Source: Squalus acanthias (lineage: Eukaryota). Taken from it: DNA of 64,000 bases. The stretch covers positions 105,774,001-105,838,000 of the forward strand of contig CM059431.1 of assembly GCA_030390025.1 (NCBI GenBank), in the 5' to 3' direction. Below the pieces are notes generated by a model, which worked only from the letters and a program-made list of their open reading frames with translations, made no database searches and had not been told where the DNA came from. Positions 62,201-64,000 of the stretch are shown here, piece after piece. The position numbers and the translations under genes are program-made. Positions within the stretch are counted from its first letter, which is position 1, and each line of letters begins with the position of its first letter.

Positions 62201-64000
62201 ATTATGCTGATAGGGTGAGATGCAGAGGGGTGAGGGGAGGCTCGTGTGGAGCATGGACCAGTTGGGCCGAATGGCCTGTTTCAGTGCCCTAAAATTCTAT
62301 GTAATTGCCGATTTGGAAAACAAGAGCATTCTCGGTAATTCTGTCTTCTTCTCAATTTTAAATTTTTGTTTAATTTTTCCAATGTCAATGTTTGCCAAAC
62401 CAGAACAGCTATTACAGTATGGGTACCCAGGAGTCTTTTCTATCTTACCACAGCTCATTTGGCACAGTCATCTTGTATAATTCCCAGTAGGCTGGCAATG
62501 GGTGCATTATAAATACAATATTGATCTATATGGACATTGTGACCCTAGTCATAAATCCATCTGCAAGTCAATAACCTCTAAGGAGGTGCATTTCCCAATA
62601 CAAATATTGCATTTAATTGAATGTAAGATGCTTTTAAAAACTGTGCTCATGGGGATGTGACATTTAGACGTGATAATTCAAACTGGGAAACATTTGCTCC
62701 CCGACTCCTGTCAGGTGCACCGTTCTATAGCACTGCTGTCACCAGCGGGATGTTCCTCAACAGACAGTATCTGCGCAGTCCATGCTTTAAATTTGCACAA
62801 GTCTTTCTACATGGCGATGTTGCTAAAACATCTGTACAGCCTTTAAAAGTCATCGTAATTGGTCTCTTATGCAAAGAAGGTGATTTTGTGGTCTTTACAG
62901 GGGTAGCTGTCAGGGAAAATGAATAGTACAATTTTCACCTTTATGTCGAGGAACTCCATGAATGTAAACTCAGTTACCAAGTCACGTAAGACTTGCTTTC
63001 ACCTCACCTCAACCCCAACCTCGAAACACATGCTCTTGCCTCCTTGCTGAATTTACCAGCGTGGCATTTCCAATCCTCATCATTTCATTTTTCAAACTGC
63101 TCACAGGTTGCACAGTTAATTATAAATTCAAAGGCACTAGGGTGATATGGATTTGTGACAACTGGGAAATGGTTTGAGATTATCGAGATTCTTTCCACTT
63201 GTATCCTTAGCAACCGTTTTAGATGGGGGATTTCTTTTGGTAGAAATTGCCAGACAGGTTCAGTGAAGGACAGGGTGAAGGCTGCACTTCAGTGTTGCTC
63301 ACACTGGAAGAATTTTTACTGTCTGGAACAAAATCTGATTGTTTTCAATGCAGACCAATTAAGATTTGTGCTTGTCCCTGAAAAATATATATTTTTTGAA
63401 AGTGGTACATGCAACACTTTATTCAAAATTATTTTTACGTATTTATCACGCCGAGATATTAAAATGAGAATCCATTCCTCCCTCCCCAAGAGTTCCAAGG
63501 TTTTTATATTCCTGTCTTGGTGGGGCCAACAAAAAAAGGGACGTTGCCATTTTAAATCCAGCACTCTGCCGTGGAAGCTGCAGCAGTCCTGCCTTTCAAT
63601 CCAATCCTATCCTGATGGTCGAGATAAACATCTTCCCTGGTTGCACCCACCACACAATTAACTAACTAATGCTGGTGGTTGTGTAAATAGAATAAGGTGC
63701 TGAACAACCTGCTGTGCAGTTTAAACCAGATAACGCTTTCAACCCCATCAGCAGTTCCTCATTAAACATCGCAAACCTTCTGATGGATACAGCAGCATCT
63801 TTGCAGAACTTCAGTGGGCGTTATTTTTCATTTCCTTCCTACATAGAGATTGTGCTACAAAAAGTAGATAAAGGTATACATGAAATTATTTCTAAGTGCC
63901 CCCCCCCCCCACCCTCTGATGTACTTACTGAATACACAAAATAGAGGATGACTAATATTTGCCTTCCATAATGTATTAATTGTGTAAGGGTTCAGGAAAT

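Larger units (their letters stand above)
9698..64000 (-). other. PCDH9: PCDH9 last intron (continues beyond the window)
   Basis: I did not see the expected upstream exon (RRVTF / DSGLGD motifs) in the ORF track or the sequence. PCDH9 is known for very large introns. Confidence 0.7.

Noticed and set aside
63155..63661. 168-aa ORF near the window end
   Set aside because: Non-ATG start and no recognisable homology or splice signals.

Overview
This is vertebrate nuclear DNA, almost certainly from a cartilaginous fish, judged from its SacSINE1/DeuSINE-like, HE1/V-SINE-like and HER1/CR1-like repeats; the species cannot be determined. The only host coding sequence I recognise is the terminal exon of the delta-1 protocadherin PCDH9 on the minus strand (9321-9697), with an AT-rich 3'UTR. 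Everything from about 9.7 kb to the window end appears to be one very long last intron. It is filled with nested CR1, L2 and other CR1-group LINE fragments, three SINE families whose 3' tails match LINEs in the same window, PIF/Harbinger-like MITEs, and Penelope-like fold-back elements. The most notable structure is a set of minimal type-I hammerhead ribozyme motifs (CTGACGA-stem II-GAAACGTT) in the Penelope-derived elements, two of them sense to the PCDH9 pre-mRNA. I found no prokaryotic operon, CRISPR array or clearly novel protein-coding system. Most ORF-track entries are repeat-derived or spurious. All family names come from recalled consensus features, not database searches, and most repeat boundaries are approximate.
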